Below are positions 63,690 through 64,000 of a stretch of DNA of 64,000 nt, in pieces. Location: the NCBI RefSeq assembly GCF_004010195.1, contig NC_057755.1:6307474-6371473 (forward strand), written 5' to 3'. This DNA is from Chiloscyllium plagiosum (lineage: Eukaryota). The position numbers and the translations under genes were made by a program. Under the pieces are notes generated by a model. That model did not search any database and had not been told where the DNA came from. It saw only the letters and a program-made list of their open reading frames with translations. The first letter of the stretch is position 1, and each line of letters opens with the position of its first letter.

Positions 63690-64000
63690 ATTCACTTCAG
63701 GGATGTGGCGTTGCTGGCAGGTCCCAGCATTTATTGCCCACTTCCTAGTTGTTCTTGAGATGATGGTGGTGAGTTCCCTTCATGAACCGCTGCAGTCCAC
63801 CTGCTGTGTGCCTGGATAGGGTATTCCAGGATTTTGTTGCAGCAACACTGAAGGAATTACGATATATCTCCACGTCAGCATGGTGAGTTGCTCAGAGGGC
63901 AAGTTGCAGTGTTGGTGTTCCAATGTATCGGCTGCCTTTGCCCTTCCAGAGGAGAGTGTTGAGGATCTTTGGCGAATTTCTGCAGTGCATCATGTAGATA
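63690..64000 (-). mobile_element. 3' end of a LINE- or SINE-type repeat running off the window
   Basis: cagcatttattgccca..gttcttgagatgatggtggtgag; the tail resembles the second SINE family here (for example near 19280-19300). Family not determined. Confidence 0.5.

Overview
Repeat-dense vertebrate genomic DNA, most likely from a shark or ray, inferred from HE1/V-SINE-type SINEs, CR1 LINEs and Penelope-type termini. The only host genes I can support are two tandem minus-strand paralogues of the cholera-toxin-like ecto mono-ADP-ribosyltransferase (ARTC) family. Each has a 46-nt signal-peptide exon with a phase-1 GTAAGT donor, spliced to one large catalytic exon carrying the R-STS-ExE motif. Paralogue A (12024..11979 joined to 4720..3858, 302 aa) is intact. 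Paralogue B (48484..48439 joined to 30508..29703) has a single in-frame TGA where A has Trp. Both seem to lack the conserved ecto-ART cysteines and a GPI signal. A instead ends in a Cys-flanked RVKR furin-type site and a 3-Cys tail. The rest of the window is CR1 relics (several nested), SINEs, Penelope-like insertions with hammerhead-ribozyme relics, low-complexity tracts, a degenerate ~76-bp array of GATA palindromes, several inverted repeats and many local tandem duplications. Repeat boundaries and family names were read by eye and are approximate.
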